Shown here piece after piece: positions 26,201-36,078 of a stretch of DNA of 64,000 nucleotides. Numbering within the stretch: position 1 is the first letter of the stretch; each line of letters begins with the position of its first letter. The notes under the pieces were generated by a model that was given only the letters and a program-made list of their open reading frames with translations, did no database searches and had not been told where the DNA came from. The translations under genes were made by a program, and so were the position numbers. The DNA comes from Malacoraja senta (taxonomy: Eukaryota): NCBI GenBank assembly GCA_038087875.1, contig JAXLNO010000620.1, forward strand, positions 186,001 to 250,000. Reading direction: 5' to 3'.

Positions 26201-29200
26201 ATGGGGGGGATTGTCCCCCACCTCTCAAAACATGGGAGGGACGTGTCCCCCGGGATTTCCGCTTACAGTGCTTCCGGCGCCGGTGACCAGGGTTTGATCC
26301 CGACTACGGGCGCTGTCTGTACGGAGTTGACGTACATTAACTCTCCCTCTGTCTCCCCACTCAGTGACAGCAACTCAGACGAGGAGGACAGACGCAGACG
26401 CTCGGCCGTGGAGGGGTTAGCCGGGGCACTTATGGAGGAGGGGTGAGTGGAAGTGACGCGCTGGGTCCGTGCTGTATGACTCTTTCACACGCGTGTGAAA
26501 GGACATTGGCCACACGGATGTTCAGGGTCACACACAGCTCAGGGTCACGCGTGTGTTTTGGGACTGGACGAAGCTGGAAAGTGTGCAGAGAAGATTTAGT
26601 GCCGTAGAGTGATACAGTGTGGTAACAGGCCCTTCAGCCCAAATTTCCCACACCGGCCAACATGCCCCAGCTACACTAGCCCCACCTCCTGCGCTTGGTC
26701 CATATCCCTCCAAATCTGACCTATCCATGTACCTGTCTAACTGATTCTTATACGTTGGGATAGTCCCAGCCTCTGGCAGCTTGTTCCATACATCCACCGC
26801 CCTTTGTGTGAAAAAGTTACCCCTCAGATTCCTATCAAATCTTTTCCGCTTCGCCTTGAACCTACAGTATGTCCTCTGGTCCGCGATTCCCCTATTGTGA
26901 GCAAGAGATTCTGTTCGTCTACCCGAGCTATTCCTCTCATCATTTTATACACCTCTCTAAGATCACCCCTCATCCTCCTGCGCTCCAAGAAATAGAGACC
27001 CAGCCTACTCAACCTCTCCCTCTAGATCAGACCCTCTAGTCCTGGGGATGTAATCACCTCGATGATCTTCAAGAGCCCAACGCCTACTATTGATGGCAAG
27101 CTGCTGAATGTGTGTGGACTGTATCTCCCAGCAGTCCCGTCCCTGCTCCGTACATTCTCTAACTTTGTCTCTTTCCGTTCAGAGGCCGGCGCGGACACGG
27201 AGGACTGAGGGTGAAACGTTCATCCAGCATGTGAGTGAGGTGGGCCCAGTCTGGGGGGGTGTGAACGGACAGAGAGGGGTTGGGGGTGGGAGAGAGGGGA
27301 GGGGGCAGAGAGGAAGCGGTGAGGGGTGCGGGGGTGGGAGGCGGGAGAGGTGAGGATTTCAAGTGAGGGGCTGCTGGAGGACGAACGTTCCCTAATTCTT
27401 TGTCTCCTTCCCCGTCTGGGACAGAAGTACCAGTGTAGATGCGTCAGATGTGTTGGGGTGAGTGTGAGCTGGGACCTTGTGTGTGTGTGTGTGTGTGTGC
27501 GACCGGGGTGGGCAATGGACACAAGGTACCGCAGTGTCATCCAACGTAGAACAGTACAGCATGGGAACAGGCCCTTCGGCCCACCATGTCCGTGCTGAAC
27601 ACGATGCCAAGTTCATCTCCTCTGCCTGCACGTGATCCATATCCCTCCATTCCCTGCATATCCATGTGCCTATCACAAAGCCTCTTAAATGCCTCTATCA
27701 AAGCCACCTCCACCACCACCCCTGGCAGCACATTCCACGCTCTCAGCACCCTCTGTGTAAGAACAATCTGCCCACACATCTCCTTTAAACTTTTCCCCTC
27801 TCACCTTAAAACTCTGCACTCTAGACTTTAACAATTCAACCCTGGGAAAAAGGGTTTGACTATCTCCTCCCACTTTCATGTAATTATATACTTTTATATA
27901 CTGGTTAGCAAGCAATGTGTTTTGGGACTGGACGAAGCTGGAAAGGGTGAAGAGAAGATTTATTGCCGTAGAGTGTTACAGTGTGGTAACAGGCCCATCA
28001 GCCCAACTTGCCCACACCGGCCAACATGTCCCAGCTACACTAGTCCCACCTGCCTGCGCTTGGTCCATATCGCTCCAAACCTGTCCTATCCATGTACCTG
28101 TCTAACTGTTTCTTGAATGTTAGGAAAGTCCCAGCCTCAACTACCTCCTCTGGCAGCCTGTTGAATACATCCACCACACATTGCGTGAAAAAGTTACCCC
28201 TCAGATTCCTATTAAATCTTTTCCCCTTCATCTTGAACCTACAGTATGTCCTCTGGTCCTCGATTCCCCTACTCTGGCCAAGAGACTCTGTGCGTCTACC
28301 CGATCTATTCCACTCATGATTTTATACATCTCTATAAGATCTCCCCTCATCCTCCTGCGCTCCAAGGAATAGAGACCCAGCCTACTCAACCTCTCCCTCT
28401 AAATCAGACCCTCTAGTCCTGGGGATTTAATCACCTCGATACTCTTCAAGAGCCCAACGCCTACTATTGATGGCAAGCTGCTGAATGTGTGTGGACTGTA
28501 TCTCCCAGCGCTCCCGAAGCTGGAAAGTGTGGAGAGAAGATTTTGTGGCGCAGAGCGATACAGTGTGGTAACAGGCTCTTTGGCCCAACTTGCCCAGATT
28601 TGGTCTCAGAATTCATTCACGTAACTTTAGGAAGGAGATGAGGAGTAGATTCTTTAATCAGAGGGTGTTGAATCTGTGGAATTCTTTGCCACAGAAGGCT
28701 TTGGAGGACGTCAGTGGATGTATTTAATGCAGTGACAGATAGTTTCTTGATTATAATGGGTGTCAGGCGTTATTGGGAGAAGGCAGGATGAATGTGGTTG
28801 AGAAAGATAGATCAGCCATGATTGAATGCTTGGATCAACCTGATGGGCCGAATGGCCTAATTCTGCTCCTATCACTTATGATGTTATTAACTAGAGGGCA
28901 TAAGATTAAGGTTGACACAAAATGCTGGAGTAACTCAGCGGGTGAGGCAGCATCTCTGGAGGGAAGGAATGGGCGATGTTTCGTGTCGAGACCTTTCTTC
29001 AGACAAAAGATTAAAATGAGAGGGGAAGGATTTAATAGAAGCCTGAGGGGCAACTGAGGGTCCAGCAATCACGTCTGTCTCCTGTCCCACCCCTCTCCCT
29101 CCTCTATTTACTCTGATTATCCCCCCCCCCACTTCACACTCACTCCTGAGGCAGGCCCTCGACCGGAAACATCGACCATTCACTTCGATGGTGGGGGAGG

Positions 29201-31465
29201 TGAGTGTCCGTGATGGACCGGGCATTGTCTCACCCTCTGTGTAGTCTCCCTCATTGATGGGCGTTCCAGTCCACGTGTCGGGAGGGGGGGGGGGGGGGAG
29301 TGGGCTGGGGAATCCGAGTGACGAACGTTCCCTAATTCTTTGTTTCCTTCCCCGTCTGGGCAGGAGTGCCAGTAACGAAACGTCAGATGCGTCTAGGTGA
29401 GTGTGAGCTGGGACATCGTGTGTGTGTGTGTGTGTGACCGGGGTGGGAATGGACACAAGGTACCGCAGTGTCATGCAACGTAGAATAGTACAGCACGGGA
29501 ACAGGCCCTTCAGCCCACCATGTCCGTGGCACCGTCGGTCGGTCGGCAGCCCGGCCAGCTGTCTGACCTTCGGACCATCGCTTACCGGCGACACCACCAC
29601 CACCACCCCTCCTTCTCACGGCCGATTGTCGGTTCATGAGTTGGATGGGGTGCCGGGCCAAAACTCCTCAGCTGGCCCGCCGGCTGGGCTTTGTGTGCAG
29701 TCCAGCACCCGGGGCCAACTCATCATTACCCAGCCACGGCCAAGTCGGTCAACGATTTGCCGTGGGGAATTTGTCCCGTATTTTGACCTTTTGTCCCTTA
29801 TTTGGGAGTGAGAAAGTTGGAAACCCTAGTCGAGACCCTTCTTCAGACTGAAGAGTCAGGGGAGAGGGAAATGAGAGATATAGTCGGCGATGTAGAGAGA
29901 TACAGAACAAATGAATGAAAGGTATGAAAAAAGTAAGGATGATAAAGGAAATGGTGTGTCCATCGTTGTCTGTGAGCTATTTGGTAACAAGTTACAGGCA
30001 ACGTAACTCAACACATCGACAGTGAATGCAGAGAAAAGTGATGGAGAAACTCAGCGGGTGAGGCAGCATCTATGGAGCGAAGGAATAGGTGACGTTTCGG
30101 ATCAAGACGAAGGGTCCTAATGCAAGGGAACAATGTTTAATGCAAGATAGTCCAAGGGTCTCCAATGAGGTAGATGGGAGGTCAGGACCGCTCTCTAGTT
30201 GGCGAGAGGATGGTTCAGTTGCCTGAGAACAGCTGGGAAGAAACTGTCCCTGAATCTGGAGGTGTGCGTTTTCACACTTCTGTACCTCTTGCCTGATGGG
30301 AGACGGGAGACGAGGGAGTGGCCGGGGTGAGACTGGTCCCTGATAATGCTGCTGGCCTTGCTGAGGCAGCGTGAGGTGTAGATGGTGTCAATGGGAGGGA
30401 GGTTGGTTTGTGTGTGTGTGATGGTCTGGGCTGCTGGCCTTGCGGAGGCAACGTGAGGTGTAGATGGAGTCAATGGAAGGAAGGTTGCTTTCTGTGATGG
30501 TCTGGGCTGCGTCCACAACTTTGCAATTCCTTGCGGGGCTTGGATGGAGCTGTTCCCAAACCTTGCTGTGATGCATCCGGATAAAATGCTTTCTTTGGCG
30601 CATCTGTAGAAGTTGGTGAGAGTTGTTGGGGACATGCCGAACTTCCTAAGCCTTCAAAGGAAGTAGAGGCGTTGTGCTTCCTTGGCCATTGCTTCAATAT
30701 GCACGGTCCATGATATTCACTAACATATGATGAAAGAATGGATCGACTGGGCTTGTATTCACTGGAATTTAGAAGGACGAGAAGGGATCTAATAGAAACA
30801 TATAAAATTCTTAAGGCATTTAACAGGCGAGATGCAGGAAAAATGTTCCTCATGTTGGGGGAGTCCAGAACCAGTGGTCACAGTTTAAGAATAAGGGTAG
30901 ACCATTTTGGACTAAGATGAGGAAAAACTTTTTCACCCAGAGAGTTGTGAATCTGTGGAATTCTCTGCCACAGAAGGCAGTTGATTCCAATTCTCTGGAT
31001 GCTTTCAAGAGAGAGTTAGATAGGGCTCTTAAAGATAGTGGAGTCAGGGGATATGGGGAGAAATCAGGAACGGGGTACTGATTTTGGATGATCAGCCATG
31101 ATCATGGCACTGCTAGCTCGAAGGGCCGAATGGCCTACTCCTGCACCTTCCTTCTACATTTACTCTGAGGAACATGAGGTCTAAGCTGAAGATAGACACA
31201 AAATGCTGGAGTAACTCAGACAGGCAGCATCTCTGGAGAGAATGGGTGTCTGAAGAAAGGTCTCGACCCGAAACGTCACCCATTCCTTGTCTCCAGAGAT
31301 GCTGCCTGTCCCGCTGAGTTACTCCAGCATTTTGTGTCTATCGTTGATTTAAACCAGCAACTACACCTCTTTCCAGCACACGTGGTCTAAGCTGTTTCTG
31401 TTTGACCTTCCAACAGAGAGATCTGGTTCATCGTGACTGGAAACTCCAACTGCCCCATCCCATGA
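224..31465 (+). CDS. Putative multi-exon gene (5' end outside window) encoding a tandem-repeat Ser/Asp-rich protein with two furin-type sites per repeat; product unknown
   Basis: Exons with pyrimidine-tract/CAG acceptors and GTGAGT donors (GTGAAT after 14275), all phase 2-2. B (48 nt): 224-271, 7799-7846, 15015-15062, 21214-21261, 27183-27230. C (33 nt): 473-505, 8041-8073, 15263-15295, 21456-21488, 27425-27457. E (33 nt): 2401-2433, 9954-9986, 17199-17231, 23202-23234, 29364-29396. A (78 nt): 6980-7057, 14204-14275 (72 nt), 20396-20473, 26365-26442. Candidate last exon starts at 31417 (TGA 31463-31465). Repeat: SDSNSDEEDRRRRSAVEGLAGALMEEGGRRGHGGLRVKRSSSISTSVDASDVLGSASNETSDAS. No transcript evidence available. 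Confidence 0.6.
2538..4036 (+). mobile_element. CR1-clade LINE, 5'-truncated, RT part of ORF2 open (young insertion, unit 1 only)
   Basis: Open frame from ~2539 to 3939 with NYRPVSLTS, DFQKAFDKV, GVPQGSVLGP and FADD motifs. (CTATGTAT)n-type tail. Absent from the other units. Confidence 0.95.
4138..5405 (-). mobile_element. CR1-clade LINE 3' fragment, decayed, part of the array unit
   Basis: Frameshifted RT pieces (QHGFTKGKSC, GVPQGLVLGP, FADD, HLEYCVQFWSP) and a (CAATAGA)n tail on the + strand. Confidence 0.93.
5940..6876. mobile_element. Non-autonomous hAT-like DNA transposon inserted in a tRNA-derived (HE1-like) SINE head
   Basis: TIRs CAGGGGCGGAAATC / GATTTCCGCCCATG. 8-bp TSD CTTACAGC (5932-5939) / CTTACAGT (6877-6884). 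It splits the SINE GGTGCAGCGGTAGAGTTGCTGCCTTACAGC ... GACCCGGGTTTGATCCCGACT. Confidence 0.85.
10187..11505 (-). mobile_element. CR1-clade LINE 3' fragment (array copy)
   Basis: Same element as 4138-5405; RT fragments in ORFs 10495-11450. Confidence 0.93.
11655..12162 (+). mobile_element. L2-type LINE 3' fragment (unit-specific)
   Basis: AAARLLTG...HITPILASLHWLPVRFRINFKILL...LWNS is a typical L2 ORF2 C-terminus. TGACTTGACT tail; probable CTTTA TSD. Confidence 0.85.
12582..14096. mobile_element. hAT-like non-autonomous element (array copy, contains an L1 insertion)
   Basis: Same TIRs; perfect 8-bp TSD CTTACAGC at 12574-12581 and 14097-14104. Confidence 0.87.
13348..13905 (-). mobile_element. 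L1-clade LINE 3' end with poly(A) (unit-specific)
   Basis: Poly-T on the + strand. 16-bp TSD GTGTTAATACAATGTT (13332-13347, 13906-13921). Minus-strand PTINMWISNMFETLHLEEIRL resembles the L1 ORF2 end at 42748-43047. Confidence 0.88.
17456..18775 (-). mobile_element. CR1-clade LINE 3' fragment (array copy)
   Basis: RT fragments in ORFs 17606-18782. Confidence 0.93.
19342..20292. mobile_element. hAT-like non-autonomous element (array copy)
   Basis: Same TIRs and TSD as 5940-6876. Confidence 0.85.
23442..24762 (-). mobile_element. CR1-clade LINE 3' fragment (array copy)
   Basis: RT fragments in ORFs 23593-24768. Confidence 0.93.
25327..26261. mobile_element. hAT-like non-autonomous element (array copy, last 6 nt of right TIR deleted)
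   Basis: GATTTCCG is followed directly by CTTACAGT. Confidence 0.82.
29529..29828. mobile_element. Probable DNA transposon right-end fragment at the array boundary
   Basis: Ends in AAAGTTGGAAACCCTA, which resembles a reverse-complemented TAGGGTTGCCAAC hAT-type terminus. Left end not seen. Confidence 0.4.
30120..30710 (-). mobile_element. Rex1/Babar-type LINE 3' fragment
   Basis: LTNFYRCAKESILSGCIT...SHPGHSL...LPSGKRYRS...FRDSFFP. Confidence 0.85.
30711..31150 (+). mobile_element. CR1 3' fragment
   Basis: LGLYSLEFRR...DLIETYKI followed by a CR1 3' UTR. Confidence 0.85.
31190..31342 (+). ncRNA. Penelope-derived palindromic repeat with a minimal hammerhead ribozyme core
   Basis: CTGAAGA-A-AGGTC TC GACCC-GAAAC-GTC at 31250-31277, enclosed by ~55-bp inverted arms (GATAGACACAAAATGCTGGAG.../...CTCCAGCATTTTGTGTCTATC). 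Confidence 0.6.
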
Positions 31466-32745
31466 GCCAGGCGCGGACTCACGGACAGAGAATCACGGCT
31501 TCGCTTCACGCTACGCCCGCTTTCCCTCGCTGCTAAACTGCTCCCAGACGCCGGCTCTCCGCGACCATCGTCTGTCGGCTGTCCCTCCCCACAACATAGA
31601 GCGCCAGCTCCGTGCAACATCTCCTGCCTCCGGATATCTCCCAGTGGCTGCGCTGTGATCCAGAACATCGGACCCAGGCAGGGGAAGGTGCGGGGGCCAC
31701 GAGAAGACCCAGGCCATCACTGCCCACCCCCAGTCTGGTGGCACCCCGAGTGACACTATGCAGGAGGAGAGGTCTACCTGTCCCAGGGTCAACACACGTG
31801 AGACCAGGAGACCCTGATCACATTCATCCTTGGATATTCTTGACATTTCTCCAAGACTCCCTGCACACTCCTCCTGAACTCCTCCTCCGTACCTTGGACA
31901 TTCCCAATGTTCCTTCTGGCTTCCTTGGACATTCCCAATGTTCCTTCTGGCTTCCTTGGACATTCCTAACATTCCTCTGAGATTCCTTGGACATTCCCAA
32001 CCTTCCTCTTAGACTACTTGGAACTTCTGAAGATTCCTCCTAAACTCCTTGAACATTGCTCCTTAGACATTCCCAACCTTCCTCTTAGACTGCTTGGACC
32101 TTCTGAAGATTCCTCCTAAACTTGGACATTCCCAACCTTCCTCTTTGACTACTTGGACCTTCTGAAGATTCCTCCTACACTCCTTGGACATTGCTCCTTG
32201 GACATTCCCAACCTTCCTCTTAGACTACTTGGACCTTCTGAAGATTCCTCCTCGATTCCTTGGACATTGCTCCTTGGACATTCCCAAACTTCCTCTTAGA
32301 CTACTTGGACCTTCTGAAGATTCGTCCTCGATTCCTTGGACATTGCTCCTTGGACATTCCCATTTCTCCCAGATTGCTTGAACTTTCCTGACGTCACCCC
32401 TGGACTCTGTAACACTTCACTCCTTGGCGCCTGGATTTCAATGGGAACCTGGGCCCAACCTTGTCACCACCTGGGACCTGAGGTCCACTACGGTGCCACC
32501 ACCACCTCCCCCTGCCTGACCCCGCGGGTCCTCCCCGCAGCTCTGGGCAGTCGGCAGATTGTTGGACGGCCCACCACACCTTCTCAGCCAACGCACAGAC
32601 TAACCATGCTTGATCCTCTGGGGCGGAAAGGGGTTTGATCGTTTCAGCTGCTGTTGGGTTCTCAAGACCAGCACGTGACCCCCATACCGACCCAACCCTG
32701 CTTCCACTGCACAACTTTCAATAAAGCTTATGCTGTTTGCATCAA
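31417..32745 (+). other. Candidate terminal exon / 3' UTR of the array gene
   Basis: Acceptor TGTTTCTGTTTGACCTTCCAACAG. Phase-2 reading (R)EIWFIVTGNSNCPIP*. Sequence does not match the surrounding TE families. AATAAA at 32720-32725, followed by T/G-rich sequence. Confidence 0.4.
31880..32365. repeat. Compound minisatellite built on CTTGGACATTCC (30-nt and ~60-76-nt periods)
   Basis: GACATTCCCAA recurs at ~31897, 31927, 31990, 32066, 32126, 32201 and 32277. Confidence 0.85.
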
Positions 32746-32789
32746 CAATGTCTCTGTATATCTGTCCACATCTCTGTGAAAAGTCATAA

Positions 32790-33798
32790 TAGTGGTGCAG
32801 CGGTAGAGTTGCTGCCTCACAGCATCAGAGACCCGGGTTCGATCCTGACTACGGCTGCTTGTCTACACGGAGTTTGTACGTTCTCCCCGTGACCCGCGTG
32901 GGTTTTCTATGAGATCTTCGGCTTCCTCACACACTCCAACGACGAACAGGTTTTTGAAGTTTTGTTCCCCAAATTTGAGGAAGGACATTCTTGCTATTGA
33001 GGGAGTGCAGCGTAGGTTCCCGGGATGGCGGGACTGTCATATGCTGAGGGAATGGAGCGGCTGGGCTTGTATACTCTGGTGTTTAGAAGGATGAGAGGGG
33101 ATCTCATTGAAACATATAAGATTATTAACGGGTTGGACATGCTAGAGGCAGGAAACATGTTCCCGATGTTGGGGGGATCCAGAACCAGGGGCCACACAGT
33201 TTAAGAATAAGGGGTAAGCCATTTAGAACGGAGGGGAAGGGACGAGAAAACACTTTTTCTCACAGACAGTTGTGAGTCTGGAGTTCTCTGCCTCAGAGGG
33301 CGGTGGAGGCCGGTTCTCTGGATATTTTCAAGAGAGAGCTAGATAGGGCTCTTAAAGATAGCGGAGTCAGGGGATATGGGGAGAAGGCAGGAACGGGGTA
33401 CTGATTGGGGATGATCAGCCACGATCACATTGAATGGCGGTGCTGGCTCGAAGGGCCGAATAGCCTACTCCTGCGTCTATTGTCTATTGTTTGTAGGTTA
33501 GACACAAAATGCTGGAGTAACTCAGCGGGACAGGCAGCATCTCTGGAGAGAAGGGATGGGAGAAGGAATGGTCACCAATTCCTGCTCTCCAGAGATGCTG
33601 CCTGTCCCGCTGAGTTTTTCCAGCTTTTTGTGCCTATCTTCAGTTCAAACCAGCATCTGCAGTTCCTTCCGACACAGTATGTAAGTTAACTGGCTTGATA
33701 TAATATACAATTGTCTCCAGTGTGTGTAGGGTAGTGTCAGCGTGGATTCGGTGGGCCGAAGGACCTGTTTCTGTGCTGTATCTCTAAATGAAACTAAA
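32790..33798 (+). mobile_element. HE1-like tRNA-derived SINE interrupted by a CR1 3' fragment (~32955-33490) and a palindromic Penelope-derived repeat
   Basis: A/B-box head GTGGTGCAGCGGTAG...GGGTTCGATCC; SINE tail GGGCCGAAGGACCTGTTTCTGTGCTGTATCTCTAAA; CR1 coding remnants in between. Confidence 0.75.
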
Positions 33799-34057
33799 CT
33801 TGCTTGGGTTAAACTCCTCCTCCATTTCCCCTGTAACCTGGAGGGAAAAAGACCGTGAGCAGTCACTTTATCCATGCCCCTGATAAACAAGTCAAGTCAA
33901 GCCAACTTTATTTGTCACATACAAGATGTGCAGTGAAATGAAAGTGGCAATGCCTGCGGATTGTGCAAAAAACTACAGAATAACAGAACAGAACCAGTAT
34001 TTACATTTTAGGAAAAAAAACACACAACCGTATTTAGTCCCTGGTGAGATCAGAGTT

Positions 34058-35150
34058 TACTATAGCTCTGCATTCAATACGGTCATCCCCACCAAGCTCA
34101 CCACCAAACTCCACCAGCTAGGCCTCAGCTCGCCGATCTGCGATTGGATCCTGAACTTTCTGACGGAGCGACCGCAGGCAGTGAGACTGGGCCCGCACCT
34201 GTCCTCCACTATCATCCTGAGGACCGGCACACCACAGGGATGTGTACTAAGCCCCATGCTCTACTCCCTCTTCACTTACGACTGTGTCCCTGCATTCGAC
34301 ACCAACACCATCGTGAAGTTTGCAGACAACACAACAGTGATTGGGCTGATCACCAACGGTGATGAAACAAAATACAGAGCGGAGGTGCAGAACCTGGCGG
34401 ACTGGTGCGCTCATAACAACTTGTCACTAAACACCTCCAAGACCAAGGAGCTGATTATTGACTTCAGGAGGTCCCATAATGGAGAATACGCCCCAATCTC
34501 CATTTACGGGGAAAGTGTGGAGAGAGTGTCCAGCTTTAAGTTTCTGGGCACTCACATTTCAGAGGACCTCACATGGTCCACCAACACCGCTGCGCTGGTC
34601 AAGAAGGCACAGCAACGACTGTTCTTCCTGAGGACATTAAAAAGGACTGGTCTGCCCCAACAGCTGCTGACAACGTTCTACCGCTACACCACAGAGAGCA
34701 TATTAACGTAGGCACCTCTGTGTGGTATCTCAGCTGCACGGAGGCGTAGAGGAGAGCTCTTCAGCGCATCGTCCACAGAGCGCAGAGGATCATTGGGACA
34801 GAGCTACCAGCCTTGGAGGGCATCTACCACACACGGTGCCTCAGGAAGGCCGTCAGCATCCATAAGGACTCATCACACCCTTGTAACAGACTGTTTGAAC
34901 TACTTCCCTCCGGCAGACGTTACAAGGCCTTCTACGCCCGAACCTCCAGACTCAGAAACAGCTTTATTCCAAGAGCTATAGCGGCTCTGAACCGGCCCTG
35001 CTGAGTGCCCCCCCACCCACCCACCCCTGGACAGTCTCCCTCGGATGGTCACGTCACTCAGCTTGCTTATTAATTTATTTAACTTTTCTTGTACATTGGT
35101 GGAGCTGCATACTAAATCTCGTTGCACTGACGTGCAATGACAATAAAAGA
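34058..35150 (+). mobile_element. Rex1/Babar-type LINE RT fragment
   Basis: [35 protein letters not shown] motifs; stop codons downstream; (ATT)n tail. Confidence 0.92.
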
Positions 35151-35179
35151 TATTATTATTATTATTATTATTATTATTA

Positions 35180-35697
35180 CAGTCCTGATGGCCTGTGGGA
35201 AGAAACTCCGTCTCATCCTCTCTGTTTTCACAGCGTGACAGCGGAGGCGCTTGCCGGACCGTAGCAGCTGGAACAGTCCGTTGCTGGGGTGGTAGGGTTC
35301 CTTCATTATCTTGCTGGCTTTGGATCTGCATCTCCTGGTGTATAGTTCCTGCAGGGGGGTGAGTGTAGTTCCCATAGTGCGTTCGGCCGAACGCACTACT
35401 CTCTGTAGAGCCTTCCTGTCCTGGGCAGAGCTGTTCCCAAACCAGATCGTGATGTTGCCGGACAAGATGCTTTCTACAGCCCCAGAGTAGAAGTATTGAA
35501 GGCTCCTCAGAGACACTCTGAATTTCCTCAGCTGCCTGAGGTGGTAAAGGCGCTGCCTTGCCTTTCTCACCAGTGCGGCAGCGTGTTTTGTCCAGTCAGA
35601 TCCTCTGTGATGTGGACTCCCAGGTATTTAAAGCTGTTCACCCTATCCACAGTAGTCCCATTTATCCCCAGTGGCGTGTACGTCCTTGGTTGTTCTC
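35180..35697 (-). mobile_element. Rex1/Babar-type LINE 3' fragment
   Basis: KARQRLYHLRQL...VESILSGNITIWFG...SFFPQAIR. Lies tail-to-tail with the previous element across the (ATT)n tract. Confidence 0.88.
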
Positions 35698-36078
35698 AGT
35701 AAGGTCACCCCTCTACCTCCTGCACGTCCAAGTATGAAGCCCCAGCCTGTCCAAGCTCTCTTCATAACTCAATAGACAATAGGTGCAGGAGCAGGCCATT
35801 CGGCCTTTCGAGCCAGCACCGCCATTCATTGTGATCATGGCTGATCATCCCCAATCAGTACCACGTTCCTGCCTTCTCCCCGTGTCCCTTGACTCCACTA
35901 TCTTTAAGAGCTCGATCTAACTCCCTCTTGAAAGCATCCAGAGAATTGGCCTCCACTGCCTTCTGAGGCAAAGAATTCCACAGATTCACAACTCTCTGGC
36001 TGAAAAAAGTGTTTCCTCGTCTCCATTCTAAATGGCCTACCCCTTATTCTTAAACTGTGTGACCTCCTGGTTCTGGAC

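Larger units (their letters stand above)
1..29528. repeat. Large tandem array, ~5 copies of a 6.0-7.6 kb unit (first copy runs off the window start)
   Basis: The landmark TTCAG|AGGCCGG recurs at 224, 7799, 15015, 21214 and 27183 (spacings 7575, 7216, 6199, 5969). Length differences are mostly unit-specific LINE insertions. Homology stops abruptly at ~29528. Confidence 0.97.

Noticed and set aside
265..29851. Many recurring 60-130 aa ORFs in the array (MGGIVPHLSK..., MCVDCISQ..., antisense CR1 ORFs)
   Set aside because: They recur only because the DNA is repeated. They run through TE or intron sequence, and their starts, stops and frames vary among copies.
31880..32365. CRISPR-like repeat/spacer pattern
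   Set aside because: Vertebrate context; the intervening segments are themselves repeats and there are no cas genes. It is a minisatellite.
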